Source of the DNA: Octopus bimaculoides
Taxonomy: Eukaryota
Assembly: GCF_001194135.2 (NCBI RefSeq)
Contig: NC_068983.1
Coordinates: 89,988,072-90,052,071, forward strand
Direction: 5' to 3'
DNA: 64,000 bases
Each line of letters starts with the position of its first letter. Positions within the stretch are counted from its first letter, which is position 1. This document shows, piece after piece, positions 29,061 through 43,599 of the stretch. Below the pieces are notes generated by a model, which had not been told where the DNA came from, did not search any database, and saw nothing but the letters and a program-made list of their open reading frames with translations. A program made the translations under genes and the position numbers.

Positions 29061-29283
29061 GTATATGCAAACATACACACAAACATAAGCATACATATCT
29101 ACACACAACACATATATCTATACATATTACAGGCTTTTTGACTAAATTTGACATTTTTTCAAAAAAAAAAATGAAAACAAAAAATAAAAGGAAAAGAAAA
29201 TACAAAAAATAAAAGTACTTTATAAAATCAAAAATTATTAACTATATTATAATTGGGAGATAACAGTTTACTCAAGGTAGTTG

Positions 29284-29605
29284 CCCTCAGCTTCCACCTT
29301 GGCCTTGAGATGGCTCCGCAACCAAGCACATGCATTCTTCAGTGTCCTTGAGAAGATCCTCAAAAATCCTCCTTGGCTCACCAGCTTGGTTAGTATCTTT
29401 CTCAACTACCCCAGACATAGAAATCCATGGGATTACAAATGGGGTGATTAGGAGGCTAGTGAAGTTGTAGAAATTCTCAAACACTTCTAACTCTTTCTGA
29501 AAGTATGGCAAAGAGCTGAACCCGATACCACACATATGGCCTTCCAGTAACAACCCCTTCTGGCCAGGGTTTGACCACAATCTCCAGCAACTTCACATAA
29601 CTCTG
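29284..29605 (-). mobile_element. Tc1/mariner-superfamily transposase relic (maT/DD37D-like)
   Basis: Across frameshifts reads ENFYNFT...*PPNHPICNPMDFYVWG/VVEKDTN, matching the WPPNSPD(L/C)NP(L/M)D(F/Y)YVWG motif. Confidence 0.7.
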
Positions 29606-31755
29606 AACTGAAGCCATTTTTGGTGATGAAAATTGATATTTAACAGTAGTTTTAAATGCTGTATTTTAACGTTTCTATACTCACCATCAGGTGTATTTTT
29701 AGAATATAAATAGTTTTATATAGTTTCAACTTAGTGATGAAATGTGATTCTGGTTCAAAAACTGGAAAAACACTGAATTTTTCACATTGTCCTGTTTTTG
29801 ACCTCATTTGCACAAGTAATTAGGCATTTCAGTAAGTGAATTCATGTGCTCATTTAAGATTCTAGATCTTACTGTAAGATTAGAGAAGATGAAATGCTCA
29901 GCAACTGCTGTTATTAAGTAATAGTTGCCTAAACTTAAATTCTTCTTTTTTAAACAGACCCCAAGATGTGGATTTTTGAAATTTTCGATTGGCATTTTTT
30001 CTACATTGGCTGAGTTAAAAGAATTGATCTTTAGTGTCCAAAGGACTTCATATAGTGGGGGTTAAAGAAACATACTTTCCAAGGTATGATATCAAACCAA
30101 TTTTGAACGAAATTCAATTTTTCAAAAATTTCAGAAATTGCCTAAAAATCTAAATGGTCATAAAATCTGACTGGTCACAGCTATGGGGCTGAAGTTTTCA
30201 GGAATTACTCCTCTCATGGATACTATCAAATGGTGTATATGTGAAGAAAATCTAAGAACCTTTCGATGGGCCTTTGCTGAATTACACTGGAATTACCCTA
30301 TATCAGATCAGAAGCTGGGAGTAAAATGGTACTTTAGTAGTGGAGTATTTGCATGTGTGTACGTGTAGGTTTGGTAAATACAAATAGGGGAAATAAAAGT
30401 CAAAACAGGAGTATATTATTTTTAATGGAAAAGGGATGTTAAAATGATGAAATAATAATGATGATGATATATACATATAACAACTCCTCTTTATTTAACC
30501 TGGCTTCACATTACATTTCATGGATACAGGGCATGTTTACCTTGTCAGATATTCAGACACAGAGTTTGTCTCTGACACTTATATTAAATACATGTAACTC
30601 CAACCACATATACTGAGTGTTACTTTCTCTTGTTTGTTAACTGGTGTGTACATAAATGCATGCATGCACATGCACATATATGTATCAACAGAAACTGTTT
30701 GAAATGCAATATTAAAACTATCATGGATAATTAATGTTTGGATGTGATAAATACTTAATCATGTCATTTCCTGATAGAACTTTTCTTGATGCCTACAAAA
30801 TAGTTATCAGTAATTACAGTATAATATGACAAACATTGGACTCCACAGTTAAAGATCAAGTATAATGATAGCTATCCTTCTCTCATTTTTGTGCTCTCAT
30901 ACTAAGAAGGCAAGCACTAATAAAGATGAATGGGTGTTTTTCTGGTATACAGGAATGAACAGCTGATAGCTTAGAATATGCATGTGTGCATATGTGCGAG
31001 CACGCAAGCATGCACTATTTTATAGCCAATCAATTATATCAGTGCAGGGACATTACTTACATAAATTTTGTACTTGTTAACAGTAAGTTGAAAAAAATCT
31101 GTAGTGTTTCAGAAAATAAGACTTCCAGAAAAGCACCTCAAAGCTATTGTTAGTAGTTGATATTTTTCATAGAGCCTGTATACATATATAACCCAACAGT
31201 TCAACATATTTCTACTGTTATCAAGTCTATTAAAGAATATGAACTGTAAAAGATCATAATTCCAAGAACTATAAATCAATATTCAGAAAACTATATTGTG
31301 TAAAATAGATGTCAAACATGGCCTTACATTCAAATCAAATTCAAGCAGATTTTATTAACTTTTTCCTAGAAGTATTAAAATTGAATATTTAATCAGGAAT
31401 AATGGCAACAAGAAGAATGTCTATCAATAATTACAGTTATTACACTAATCTATGCCAGCCACTTCCCATCATAATAGAAAAAATACATTAAATTGTTAAT
31501 TTCTTCTGAGTAATGAAATGAATAAACAGTGGAGTACAGGATTTGGCAACCAGAATAGCATTTTATTTTTCAGGAATAACAGCTAAGCTTCCCCCAGGCA
31601 ACAACAAAAATTAAATGTTGTGTGTTCTTTATATAGTGAAGAAATGGTTTTGATGAGGAAAAAAATTATAAAACAAAAACAAAAAGCGTCACAGTTATTG
31701 ATTGGCAAGGATTTCTAATAATCCAAGTCAACATCAACTTTATAGTAATACTTAC

Positions 31756-31894
31756 ATTTTGGATTCTGATTAGCCAAGCCTTTGACTAGAGGGTTGCTCA
31801 TCATTGAAGGGTTTGGAAATACCGGATCAGGCAACAAACCCGATTTGATGCTGTTCAATACTGCTCCAGCTTGAAATGGGGAGGCCACCTTCTC
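31756..31894 (-). CDS. RAVER1: RAVER-family exon
   Basis: cttcag acceptor, T|gtaagt donor, 139 nt, phase 0 to 1. Encodes EKVASPFQAGAVLNSIKSGLLPDPVFPNP...NQNPK (GLLPDP cf. RAVER1 GLLPEP). Confidence 0.85.
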
Positions 31895-32740
31895 CTGAAG
31901 TCCAAACAAACAAACATTGACAGCACACACAGCAGGCACATCACACAGTATCACAAACAGAACAAGATAGGGACTAATAAGAAAGAACAGTTTTGGTTTT
32001 CACAAGTATGCACGCATTTAAACAGCAAACAAGGTATAAACTGAAAAAAAAAACAAGAAGTGTGTAATGAAGTGAATAGTTCAATTTAAAGAATGTTTTA
32101 ATATTGAAGATATTTGAGATCTGTTAAGTATCTACAAAATACACTTAGAGCAGGATATGAAACTCATGATCAACTACAAACTAGGAATCCAGCACTTTCT
32201 CCCTTTGATTACTGACCTTGCAAGTCTGATAAATGTTCAAACTTGTATGGATGTGCATGCATTCATGCACACGTGCACACCCATAAATTTGAAATCGGAA
32301 GTTGTAAGTTTACAGCGTAAATAGAAATGTACATATTGTCTTTCCTTATTTCCATTAAAATGTATACAATTTCACATTATTGGGAAAATTTAATCAAAAA
32401 ATTTGTCTTAGTAGAATTTTAACACATTAATTCTGCTATCATGGTGAAGTTAAAGCTTAGCCACTGATAAAACAAATATCAATAACATTCAATGGACTGT
32501 AATTGCTCTTTTTGATAGATGAATACTCAATTAGTTGAACCTGTCACCTGGTTTCAATAAATAGTCGAAACTATTTTGTATCATTTATAATTCTTAAAGC
32601 CTATTGCAATAAATTTCCCATTTCCAAACCATTTTGTATCACAATTTCTAAAACCTATTTGCTGTAAATTTCCCTTAAGAGCCACAAATTTTGCTTCATA
32701 ACTTACGAAGTGACCATTGTTATAACAATTATATTAAAAA

Positions 32741-32905
32741 GGTGGCGAGCTGGCAGAGATGTTTGCATGCCAGGCGAAATACTTAGCAGTATTTCGCCTG
32801 TCTTTATGTTCTGAATTTAAATTTTGCCAAGGTCAACTTTGTCTTTCATCTTTCCAGGATCGAGAAATTAAGTACTAGTTGTGAATTGGGGTCGATCTAA
32901 TCAAC
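32741..32905 (+). mobile_element. Second tRNA-derived SINE family (MetaSINE-like central domain)
   Basis: GGCGAGCTGGCAGA head, then ctttcatctttccaggatcgagaaattaagtactag...ggggtcgat. Related copies at about 8525-8725(+), 9325-9490(-), 11765-11950(-), 1590-1720(-), 42700-42960(-). The Meta-domain assignment is from recall only. Confidence 0.6.
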
Positions 32906-35900
32906 TGCCCCCACCCCCACCCAAAAAACCCAACTATATTTAATATAATAAATAAGAATTATTAGTTTTGCTCTAATCATTATTAAACAACTGAAATTAT
33001 TATTGTGGTGATTTGGCAAAGCTACAGTATTTAGTCCTACCTCCTCTATGTTCAGTTATAATCCTTCTACAGTCTACCAGAATTAATATATGTACTTGTT
33101 ATCATTAGGATCGGAACTTGGTTTCTGAAGGCAAAACAGTTACTCAGTACACAGGTCAAGAGTAAGTATCTACCAGAGCTGTAAGTTCTGGTAGATATTT
33201 ACAACATGAGATCCAAAGATATAAAGTCATGCTCACAAGCATAACAAAATGTCAGCAATAGATCTGAACAAGAATTGGTAGTCTAATCCTTCATACCTCT
33301 TTTATCTTATGCCTAACTACAAAAAGTAGTTTCAACAAATTACAAAATGTACAATAACAACAGATGTTCTGAACCTTATGCTACTTTCTTTACAAAATAA
33401 TCTGTTTACAGAATATGAGAGAGAAGTCAGCATGGCTCACATTTTCCAATTAAAATTCTGTAATATCAAGTTACAATAGCGCTATATACACATACTATGA
33501 TCACCCCAGATACCAACTAGCAAGCTGTATCTTCAAGATTGGTAAGTCTTTGGGTTCATTTCATACTTTCAAGATAGCACCAAATATAAAATCTGTCACT
33601 TAAAATTTGATACAAGCATCAAAAACAAAAAAAACTATTTTATCCCAATCAGAATTGTGAACCAGTAGTGTTTGTGATGCTCAAAATGTTCACCATGTTT
33701 TCAGTCTACCAAACTGAATAATAATTTACTTAACAGTAGAGAGATCAAAAGAATGACAAGTACCAAGACCCAACAATTCATATGTAATTTCTTGGATCCA
33801 CACAGTTCTAACTTAGCAAAATAAGAGGACTATAATAATATTTTTATTACAGAGGGGGAAAAACTATATGTGAGGGAAAAAAGGTGAGGCAAGGAGACAG
33901 TAAGGTTTGTATCAATCAGCTTTGTAAAATAATTGAATGTTAGTAAAGACATAACTTATCACAAAATTTGTTCCTCTGTTTCCCTGTGTCAAAAAGAAAA
34001 AAAAAGTACATATCTACACAATTTTCACTAACCAAAGACTAAAAACATGCAAAACTAGGTTAATTTTTTTGGCCTACATTCCTGCTTCTCTCACACAGGA
34101 TGTAAAAAAAGGTGGTCACAGATATAATTGAAAATATTTAATATGTAGCCATATATACTTTGACAGGGTAAACATGAAACTAGCTCTTAGCTAATATTCA
34201 TTACAGAAATGTGTAAGTATGTAATAAAATCACACCTACATCCTAAGAGATAGTTCATTTACATTTCTTTATGAAATAGCTTGGAATTGGATTGTTTGAC
34301 TTTGTAGACATAATGAAATATAACAGTTCAAAAAAATTTTTCACTTAATCATTAAACTGATACTCACTGAACATGAGGCAAGGTAAATAAGTGGAAAGTG
34401 AAAATAAGTGAAATATCAAGGAATGAATAGGCTAAGGTGTGAAATGTTGAATATGCAAAATAAATTCTCAATATCTTGAGCTCTTAGAAAATAAAAACCT
34501 GACACTAAGAGAAAAAGCAGTCATTTTCCAAAAGATTAAGAATTAATCACACAAAATTAATATCTTTGCTTAGGGGAAAATCTGATCTTTATTTTCAAAC
34601 AAAGAACAACAATGGACATATTTTGGTCTTACTGGACTTCATCAGCATTGTATAATCTACTCAAACCAGCTTTAATCAGATGACATAGAAAAAGATCCAA
34701 ATAATTTTTGGCTAGTATAATTTTAAAAAAATAGCTCATTGTACTTTTTATTTAAGTGAAGACTGAGAGAAAGAAGGAAAGAAGAGATAAAGATTATTTC
34801 TGCATTGCTCCAGAATTTCTTGCTTAAGATAGTGATCCACAACACTGCGTGACCTAATACAACAGAATATCAAATGGAGCTCTAGACACACACACACACA
34901 CACAGTTTTTCAGAATCAAGTTTCCTGAGGAATATTAACCCTACAATTACTTTCAAAAATAATAAAGAATATAGTAAAATAACTCTGTCATTATTAAGTT
35001 GATATTTTGAGCATAAATTAACATGAAATTTTAATAGGAAGTTGAAATTTAGCTCACTTTGAAATGAAGTTTGCACCATAAAACAGAGGGAGTTACCGAG
35101 CAGTTAGATATCAAAGGGATGATTTCTCTTTCCAAACTACATTCATCCACATTCCTCAATACTACAAAGAAAAACATCATTCAGTATGGCTCACCTGAAT
35201 AGTTTTTAAACAGCATTGAGAAAACAGTAAAAGAAAAACAAAACCATAAAGGCATCTCACAAAACAAGGAAAAAATTTAGTCACTAGAATAAATTACAGA
35301 CCACTCAAAACATTCATTTCACACCATAAATTCCCATACACAAAACTATTTCTCTCTCTGTTACCTTTCAGCTAAGTCATTAATGAAAGAAAGCTCTAAA
35401 AGTTGTTGAAGATCTCTTAAGCTATGCTAAGGCAAGACACTATCAACTTTGATGATCACAACTTTTAATGCCCAACGGTTTCGAGTCAAAATGCAGTGTA
35501 AAATACATACAAATGAGAATTCATCCATATTAGTTTGGACTTTCTTTAAAATAAATGTAGAAGTTTTCACAAAAGCAAAGATTAGTTGGAAAGATATCAC
35601 AATATCTAGATTTATTTAGCTGCAATAATTTCTTTGTGAAATACCATCTTTCCTCTGTAAAATAGATACAATATGCATTTGTATGATTACAGACAGTGTG
35701 AATGTATATGTGTAGCATCAATCTCGGCAATAGCTTTTATCACTCCTGTAGTCAATGCTACCAAATTCAAACATTACAGTACTGATCAATTTATTAAGTT
35801 CTTTGTCTTGTGAATCTCTGCAGTTGCCAACTCCAAAATATTCAAGAATACAAAAACACAAGATATTTTTAAAGTGGCACAACACATAACACCCACTCAA

Positions 35901-37063
35901 AATATAGAATGAAACAAAACCTGATTAAAACTAGTCATATTTTTTAAGAATTACACTCTATATTTGACAGCCTACTGATAAACATATTCATGTTTTTAAG
36001 GAAAAGAAAACATCCAGTAAATGAGTTAACAGATATATATCTTAGTCATATATGAGCAAGTGAAAGTGTAGTGAATTGCTGAAAGAGTAGATAGTCAAAA
36101 ACACTACTTTCACATATTACAAAACATTCTTGACAATTGACATTTGCCAGATCTGTTTAAGAATTGCATGCACTTAGAGCAGCAATTCTAGATTAACTGC
36201 CAGGTTTTCACCACAAACATATACTGGGCACAATAAATGCTTTATGTGTATAATGTGTGTGTGGGCAAAGAGAAAAAAAAAAGAGATGGATGGAAGAAGA
36301 GAAAGAGCTATGGGGAGGGTAAAACAATAATATATAAAATTTATTGATAGAACAAAATGGTATTGATAAACAAACTTAACAAGAGCCATCAAAATAAGGT
36401 GGAAAGATAAAGATTGAGAAAGAGAACAGAAAATTAAACAAAGTGGTAGGAGGAAAGGAAGAAAAATGAGAATAATGATAATTTTAAGTAATATGTGTTG
36501 AAATATAAAGTTTAAAAATTAAATCCATTTAAGCACTAACTATTGAAAAACTGTAACATCTGCCTCACCAGTTATAGAATACGCAGACCAATGTTACAGA
36601 CATGTATATATGTAGCATCAATCTCAGCAATAGCTTAATAAATTTTTATCAAAACTATAAAGTAAGCTTTACACTGAGCAAGTGAAATGAGTTATGGAGT
36701 GGCTATAAATAAATTTAGGTAAAATACTGAGAAAGGGAGAAAGCAAAGACAATAGATATGACATTAAGACAGAAGATAATAAGAACAATACAAACGAAAA
36801 GTTACAGCAGACACTAAGATACAGGAGGAGGCTTAATAGCAAAAGAGAACCTGTAAAAAGTTGAGAAAGAGAATCAAGAGTTGAGAGACACAACTGAGCT
36901 AAGAGTTACAGACAAGAATAGTGATACAAAAGTTACAAGAAACAGAGAGAGATGAGAATAAGGGTGAGAGAGTCAAGAGTTAGAAGACACACAAAGAGAG
37001 AGGCATTACAAGAGAGGGAGAAAAATGAGAGATATCAGAGATAGAGAGAGAAATGAAAATAAC

Positions 37064-37132
<69 letters not shown>

Positions 37133-37290
37133 GAAAGAGTCATAATTGGCACAGAGATGAGAACAAGGACAAGTGCCACAAGACACAGATACACAAGTTA
37201 CATCGACACAGAAAAGATGAAAATTTTGATAGAGAAATGAGTATTACAAAAGGGATGAGAAACAAGGGTTGTTAGTTACATAGATAGATA

Positions 37291-37327
<37 letters not shown>

Positions 37328-38399
37328 TACAAGTGTAGAAGGCAAGAGTTATGGTCATATATGAGAATATAAGAATTACAAGACAGACAGACATGCCCCA
37401 TGAAAAAGAGAAATGAGTAGTGAATTCCATGAAATACAAAAAGAAAGAAGCAAAAAAAAACTCAAAAAACAAACATTGTTTCTGGCCAACATTTATGCTC
37501 AGGTCTTCCTATGATATATGGCATAAGATTTATGGGGCTGATGTGTAAAACAGGCTGCAACTGTGTTTTTTCTGAGGTTATTGGCAATGTATGTGAAATG
37601 GTACTGATGAGGGACCATAATCAGCCCACAAGTTTGAATCACTGAGATTTTTCACTGTTACACAACACTTCCACACCACTTTTATTGACACAAAAGACAT
37701 TTTTCACCTACTGCTCATGAGCTGTCAGTAAAATTGTTCATCTGGCTTGTATAACATCAGTGTCTTTTTTTTCTCTATTGCAAAAACACTATGATATTCG
37801 AAACCCTACTGCTACTATTATCTTTTCATGATCAAATGCGACCACCATTACTGAAACCAAAATCAAGTTTTACTTAATGGTGGAAATACAATTAATATTT
37901 ACAACAAATTAAAAATGCATTTTTCCTTTTGTCCCTCTTCTTGAGAATATTTAAAAAAAACATTTTCTAAGTTGCCTATTGTCTTTAATCAACATAAATA
38001 ACAACAAACATAAAAATCATACACTATTATTCTGAACATATTCTGTGACAACCATGACACAGAGAGACAGATCTTTAACTTATAAATCCTCAACAATTAA
38101 CTGAACATACCAGTCTAAAAGTAAAGTTGGCGAATGCACAGATAATTGAAAGCCTGGCTAGATGATTAACTGTCATCGTCGGAAAAGTCTAGCAGATCAA
38201 GGTTGACCTGTGACTAAACAACATACACCACAATTCTTCCTTTAAATTTCATGCCTATCTGGAGAAAGCAAAAAGAAATTATTCCAATGTACGGTCCAGC
38301 CCTGGCTTCCATACACTATGATAGTGTGATAGTAAGTCACATTATTCAGGTATAATACGACTGTTGGTGGTAGATGAAAACTTATCTTGATACAGCTGA

Positions 38400-39060
38400 A
38401 TAAGAGGTGTCTATCTTGCAATCATCAACTACAAATTATGTACTAATGTACCGAAATCACAATTTCTGTGAAAATTTCTGTTCAATGAGACAATGAGGGT
38501 ATTGGAAAGTTACCGCAAATACTAAACCTTGATCCCTGATCTTTCTTACTCTACATATGTGGACCAAAAAATTTACTTCCAGATTGTATCCCAAAGATTA
38601 GCCTTCTTTTTCAAGGCCAGAAAATGCTTGCCCTGATTAATTATATTCTACAAAACTCAGTTTAGTCCTAGATCTGAGACACGCTACTGTTATAAACAAA
38701 AGAGTCCAAAAGAAATCTATCTGGATCACAGGCATAGATACACTCAACAGCACCCTACAACCTCTCTTCTATAAATATGCTATTACCTCACTGCTTGTCC
38801 TCCTCCTTCATTACAATGGACTGCTCTTTCAAACTATCTAATTACTACAACATCCACCCAAGCCTATCCAAACAAATACCTGCCTCTTCCCACCACCCTT
38901 ATCATGTGTCACTGTCCAGGCACTACACTAACCACTTTGCCCAGTCATTCTTATTCCAAACATTGATCTTCTGGATTACCCTTGCCAGCCACATTATCTG
39001 TAGAGATAATTTATTTACAGATGCTCAAGCTAAATATAAGCACATCAATATTACTAACTT
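38400..39060 (+). mobile_element. Old CR1/L2-like LINE 3' fragment
   Basis: SSHHPYHVSLSRHYTNHFAQSFLFQTLIFWITL resembles the CR1/Jockey-group C-terminal HP..V.L.R.RT.HY..SFF.RT..LWN.LP motif. Similar relics at about 17000-17330. Confidence 0.45.
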
Positions 39061-40333
39061 TTGAGGGCCAGCAAATTCCATGACTAAGCAAGAAACATTT
39101 AATGCTCAGATAATTGCTCCAACTGCACCTTAGCAACTACATTTTTCATGAAAGAACTGCCACCAATATAAAATATTCTCTCAAGAGACTTCTTATTTTT
39201 CTTTCTGTAAAACTTATGTAATTATTTTTTAACTAGCTTGTCCTTTAAAATACTTAAAATCTGAAAAGCTCACATGCAACAAAAATAAAATATTTTTAAA
39301 ACAGTATACCTACAAACATTTTTATAATTTGTTTGTCCTATAATGATTCTGAAAATTCAAATATTTGTTAAAGCAGAACGCATCTTTTTGTTGATAAACA
39401 CCTTCCTCAAATGTGAAGTGCAAGTGGCACACATCATTCACCAAGGTAGAGTGAAGCAAGTACAATAATTATTGTTCAAATTTATAAAGTTGTATAATAT
39501 TCATGGCTCTCTCAAGACTACAACCAAGAACTTGAATAACCTTATTAACAGCTTTCTGTTGTAAGTGGCCTCAGTTTTATATCAACAAATAACTTTTTTA
39601 ATTCTATTTAATATTTAAGAAAATTTTTATAAGGCTAAACATACAAAATAATCCCATTATATAACTGGCACTCTAGCCCAACAGAATTTGAAAAATAGAT
39701 GAACAAATTAAAATAGTTAAGTTATTTGGTCTAGTTCTCTACCATATCTACCAACTCCTCACATGTGCCTAGATAATGGCCACAAATTTGATGGGCAAAA
39801 ATATAATTGAGTAAACAGACTTGAATATGATTTACACTTAGAATGTATAAAAATGAAACAAGATATTGTAGGCATTTAGTCCAGCATTCTACCATTTCTG
39901 CACACACTTTTTATGAGCTTTCCAACAGATACAATAACTCAAAACTTGCATGGATTATTTTTTGCAAGAACATTTGTGATATAATTGAAGAGAAATGGTT
40001 TAACTATAAATTGAAACTAGGTTTCAGACTTGGCTCTGGTGAAGGCAACTTCAACTACAAAGTTCCATAGCCATAGCAATTACACCATAATTATCAAGAA
40101 TACCACATTTATAAAGTTTATGATGCCATGATTAGTGCTAATTTAAGCATCATAAGGAGCAAGGATATTGGGTTGGATTTGAACTACTTACTATACAAAT
40201 AATTATATACATGTAGCCAAACTGCTGTTGTATTAGAATTAAGACAAAAGATATTAAGTACAGTTTTTAATAACTAACTTTCATAATAGATTTGTCAGAA
40301 GAGTGATTTTATTAGAATGAGAACAAAATATAC

Positions 40334-40516
40334 CTTCTGCTGAACAATCTTGTTATAAATGGACACTGCAGATGAACCTGGAATGCAGAAAGACACTGCA
40401 ACTTTCTTGGTCTCAACTTCTGTATCTCTCATGCATTTCCATGTAGCCTCAGCAGCTTCTGCAGTTGCATATTCAACAATAGCACACTCTTGAGATTCAT
40501 TCTCTTTCATAACAAT
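40334..40516 (-). CDS. RAVER1: RAVER-family exon (RRM3 C-half)
   Basis: ttttccag acceptor, AAG|gtatat donor, 183 nt = 61 codons. Encodes IVMKENESQECAIVEYATAEAAEAT...VAVSFCIPG (cf. FAVLEYETAEMAEEA...RVSFCAPG). Confidence 0.9.
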
Positions 40517-40762
40517 CTGGAAAATAAAATCTATGGTAAAGCTTTGTACATATATGATATGAAACTATGAAACACAGACAGTAATAGATAAACACTGACA
40601 CATCGGAGACAAAGAATCTAAGATTATCCATACAATTAGAGCTATCAATAGAGTAAAACAGAAGGGGGAAAATCAGTTATATAAGAATTAGTTGAAGCAC
40701 AGATGAGAAAAGACAGATTACTTGCATACTTGATGAAAAGACATGGAGTGAGGTAGTTGGGT

Positions 40763-40811
<49 letters not shown>

Positions 40812-40865
40812 NNNNNNNNNNNNNNNNNNNNNNNNNNNNNNNNNNNNNNNNNNNNNNNNNNNNNN

Positions 40866-40918
<53 letters not shown>

Positions 40919-43599
40919 ATTAACAAAAGAAACCATGTTAATCTGGACACTTAAAGAGAGCATGCAGAATGATTTTATTGCTCTGCATACATGTCAGACA
41001 AGCCTGTCTGACAGCACTTGCATACCTGTAGAGTTTTTCTCAAACCAGTAGTGCTCCTTGGTAGCACTGCCAGGCTAAGGGCTTCAGGAAATTATCCCTG
41101 GTGGTTCTTTATTAGGAAGTCCTATGAACAGACTAACCAGTTTGTTTCTGTCAAAGTCCAGTGCCTCCTTCAGAATGTTGTCACTTTTCCCTATCACTAA
41201 TCCTTTGTAGATGAGAGGTAGAGGTCACTAACTTTGGTCTTTGAGAAGGTTGTTTGGTTCAGACTCTTTGTTGACGAAGAAAGAATTATTGAAGGGTCTT
41301 CCTAAGGTTTTTCCAGGCTTAAACAAAAAGGTACAATGTCTGTAGTACATTTAAGTTTGAGAAATACTTGTTTGTTGAAGCCCTCCCCTCTTGTGACAGT
41401 GTTTTGTTTTCTATTACCTCCTGCATTAGATCACTGTTGTACTTGGTTTTTAGCACTTTTATTTTTTCAGCTGTAGTTTTATTTGCAATAATACCATGAC
41501 TAAGTAATAAACATTTTATTTTCAAACAATTGCTCCAACTGCAATGAAGCAACTACATTCTTCATAATAAAACTGCCACCAATATAAAATATTCTCCCAA
41601 AAGACTTTCTTATTTTTCTTTTTGAAAAACTTATGTAATTATTATTTAACTAGTCTAGTTTTTGTTTTTATACTTCTTTTTCAGCTGTGGTTGTATTTTT
41701 GAGTATTGTTTTTCATAGTTGTTGGGGTTTTTAGGTGATGGTGTTAGTGGATGGTTCAAAGATAGATTTTCTGTTTTGCCATAGCTTTGGGGTGGGCTTT
41801 TTTTTTAGAATTTATTTTCCTCTATGCCATGGCATATTTTTAGCAACAGATTCATATCCACTAAGTCTGTGTCATGAGTAAAGAGGTGGATTGGTACATG
41901 TCTGTGTCATTGATTGATTCTAAGTTGTTGGATCTATAGTATCTCTCCTGCCAGTAGGAATGATAGTTGTGGAGTAACTGATCCCTGGTTCACACTGCTC
42001 ATCTCTGCCACTACTGTTATTAGTGTTGTTGCTGAGGTTGATTTTCACTGCGGTTGTGATGTTGGTAGCAGTGCAGGCCTTCTTCCATCTCCCTTATGTT
42101 GTAGGCAGAAGACTTTTAAATAAGAGCCGCTCCCAGAAGTGTGGTATCTAGGTTTTCTGCTTTCCACTGTGACAGTGAGTTGTACCTTGTTCAACAGCTC
42201 AATAAGATCAAGGTTCCTGTCCAGTGTTTCCAGCTTCACCAAAATCAATATCTCCAACCCAAAATCTTGAAGAAAATATTAACATGAAATTTTAACTGAT
42301 TTTTATATCAAATTAAAGCAAAAACCTTCCTTTTCATGACAACTTGGAGTTATAGCATTTGAACACACTGAATTAGAATGATGGTTACCATTCAGCAGTC
42401 ACAAAAAATTTTTAAAATAAAAGAAAAAATAAACAGGACAAACTTTGTAATTGTGTGGAAATACCAGGGTGTTTGAAGGACCCTGATATGATATATAACT
42501 GTTGGATTTTAACTAAAACTATATGAGAAGAAAGTTCACATCCAGAACTTTCAAATTTTATATAATTTTTCTTGGAAAATATTTATTTTTGATATGAAAA
42601 TGATCAAGCAAAAAGTGTGTTTTTATGTGTTCAAACTGTGCTTGTCTCTATTGTATGGTATTTTGTAGTAATACTTAGTAGAAGCAAGTCAGTCAAACTG
42701 GCCGCAGTACTTCACTGGTACCTTGAATGTAAAGAGCCAGAACAAATGCCACAGCTCATTTTGTCCAATGCTTTAACAATTCTACCAATCCACTGCTCTC
42801 AAAAATTATAATACTAATTTTTTACATAGGCACAAAACCGAACATTTGGGGGAAGAAAACAGTTAATTACATTGACCCAAGTACTTGACTGGTACTTATT
42901 TTATCAACACAAAAGGGTGAAAGATAAAATTGGCCTCAGTGGGATTTGAACTCACAATGTAAAGAACTATAATGAATCTTTTGCAGCCCAGAAATTTAGA
43001 AAAGTGTTACATGAAACTAAATTTAAAATGGAAGTAGCTAAAAACAGGCAGATGCATAAAGTCACAATCATGTCATACTTATTTAAGAAAAATATTATGC
43101 TGACAACTGCATAATGCACACAAACAGAAAATAGCAAAACTAGAAATGTGATTTATGGAATGGTAGTATAACCTATATAAGAAAAAAACCACAACCTGTA
43201 TAAGAAAAATGTATCACAGAATACTGACAAGATTAAAATGAAAAGAAACAAACATTCAAAATCTACTGTTTACAGAAACAAGAAATCAGTAAAAGAAATG
43301 TTGAAGTAAAAATTCTTTCTATACATCCAAAAAGAGCAAAATTGCAAATGATTTCAGAGGTTTTAGGAATACTGGAAGCAGAATCTGACTTCTCATGCAC
43401 TCAACAGAAAGAATGAAGTAACAATTCATAATCATTACCAACCTACAAGAGTAACACAAGAATAAGGATAAAATAAGATTCAAACTGCACATGAAGAGAA
43501 GCAAACAAATAAATATATAAATAAACAGAACCAAAACTCACATAACTGCCATACAGATGGGACAGACAGTGTAACATAAGAAACATCCATTGGGTAATT

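Noticed and set aside
29287-29580. 97-aa minus-strand ORF as a possible RAVER exon
   Set aside because: No suitable splice sites; the flanking RAVER exons join in frame without it; the region is better explained as a frameshifted mariner transposase relic.
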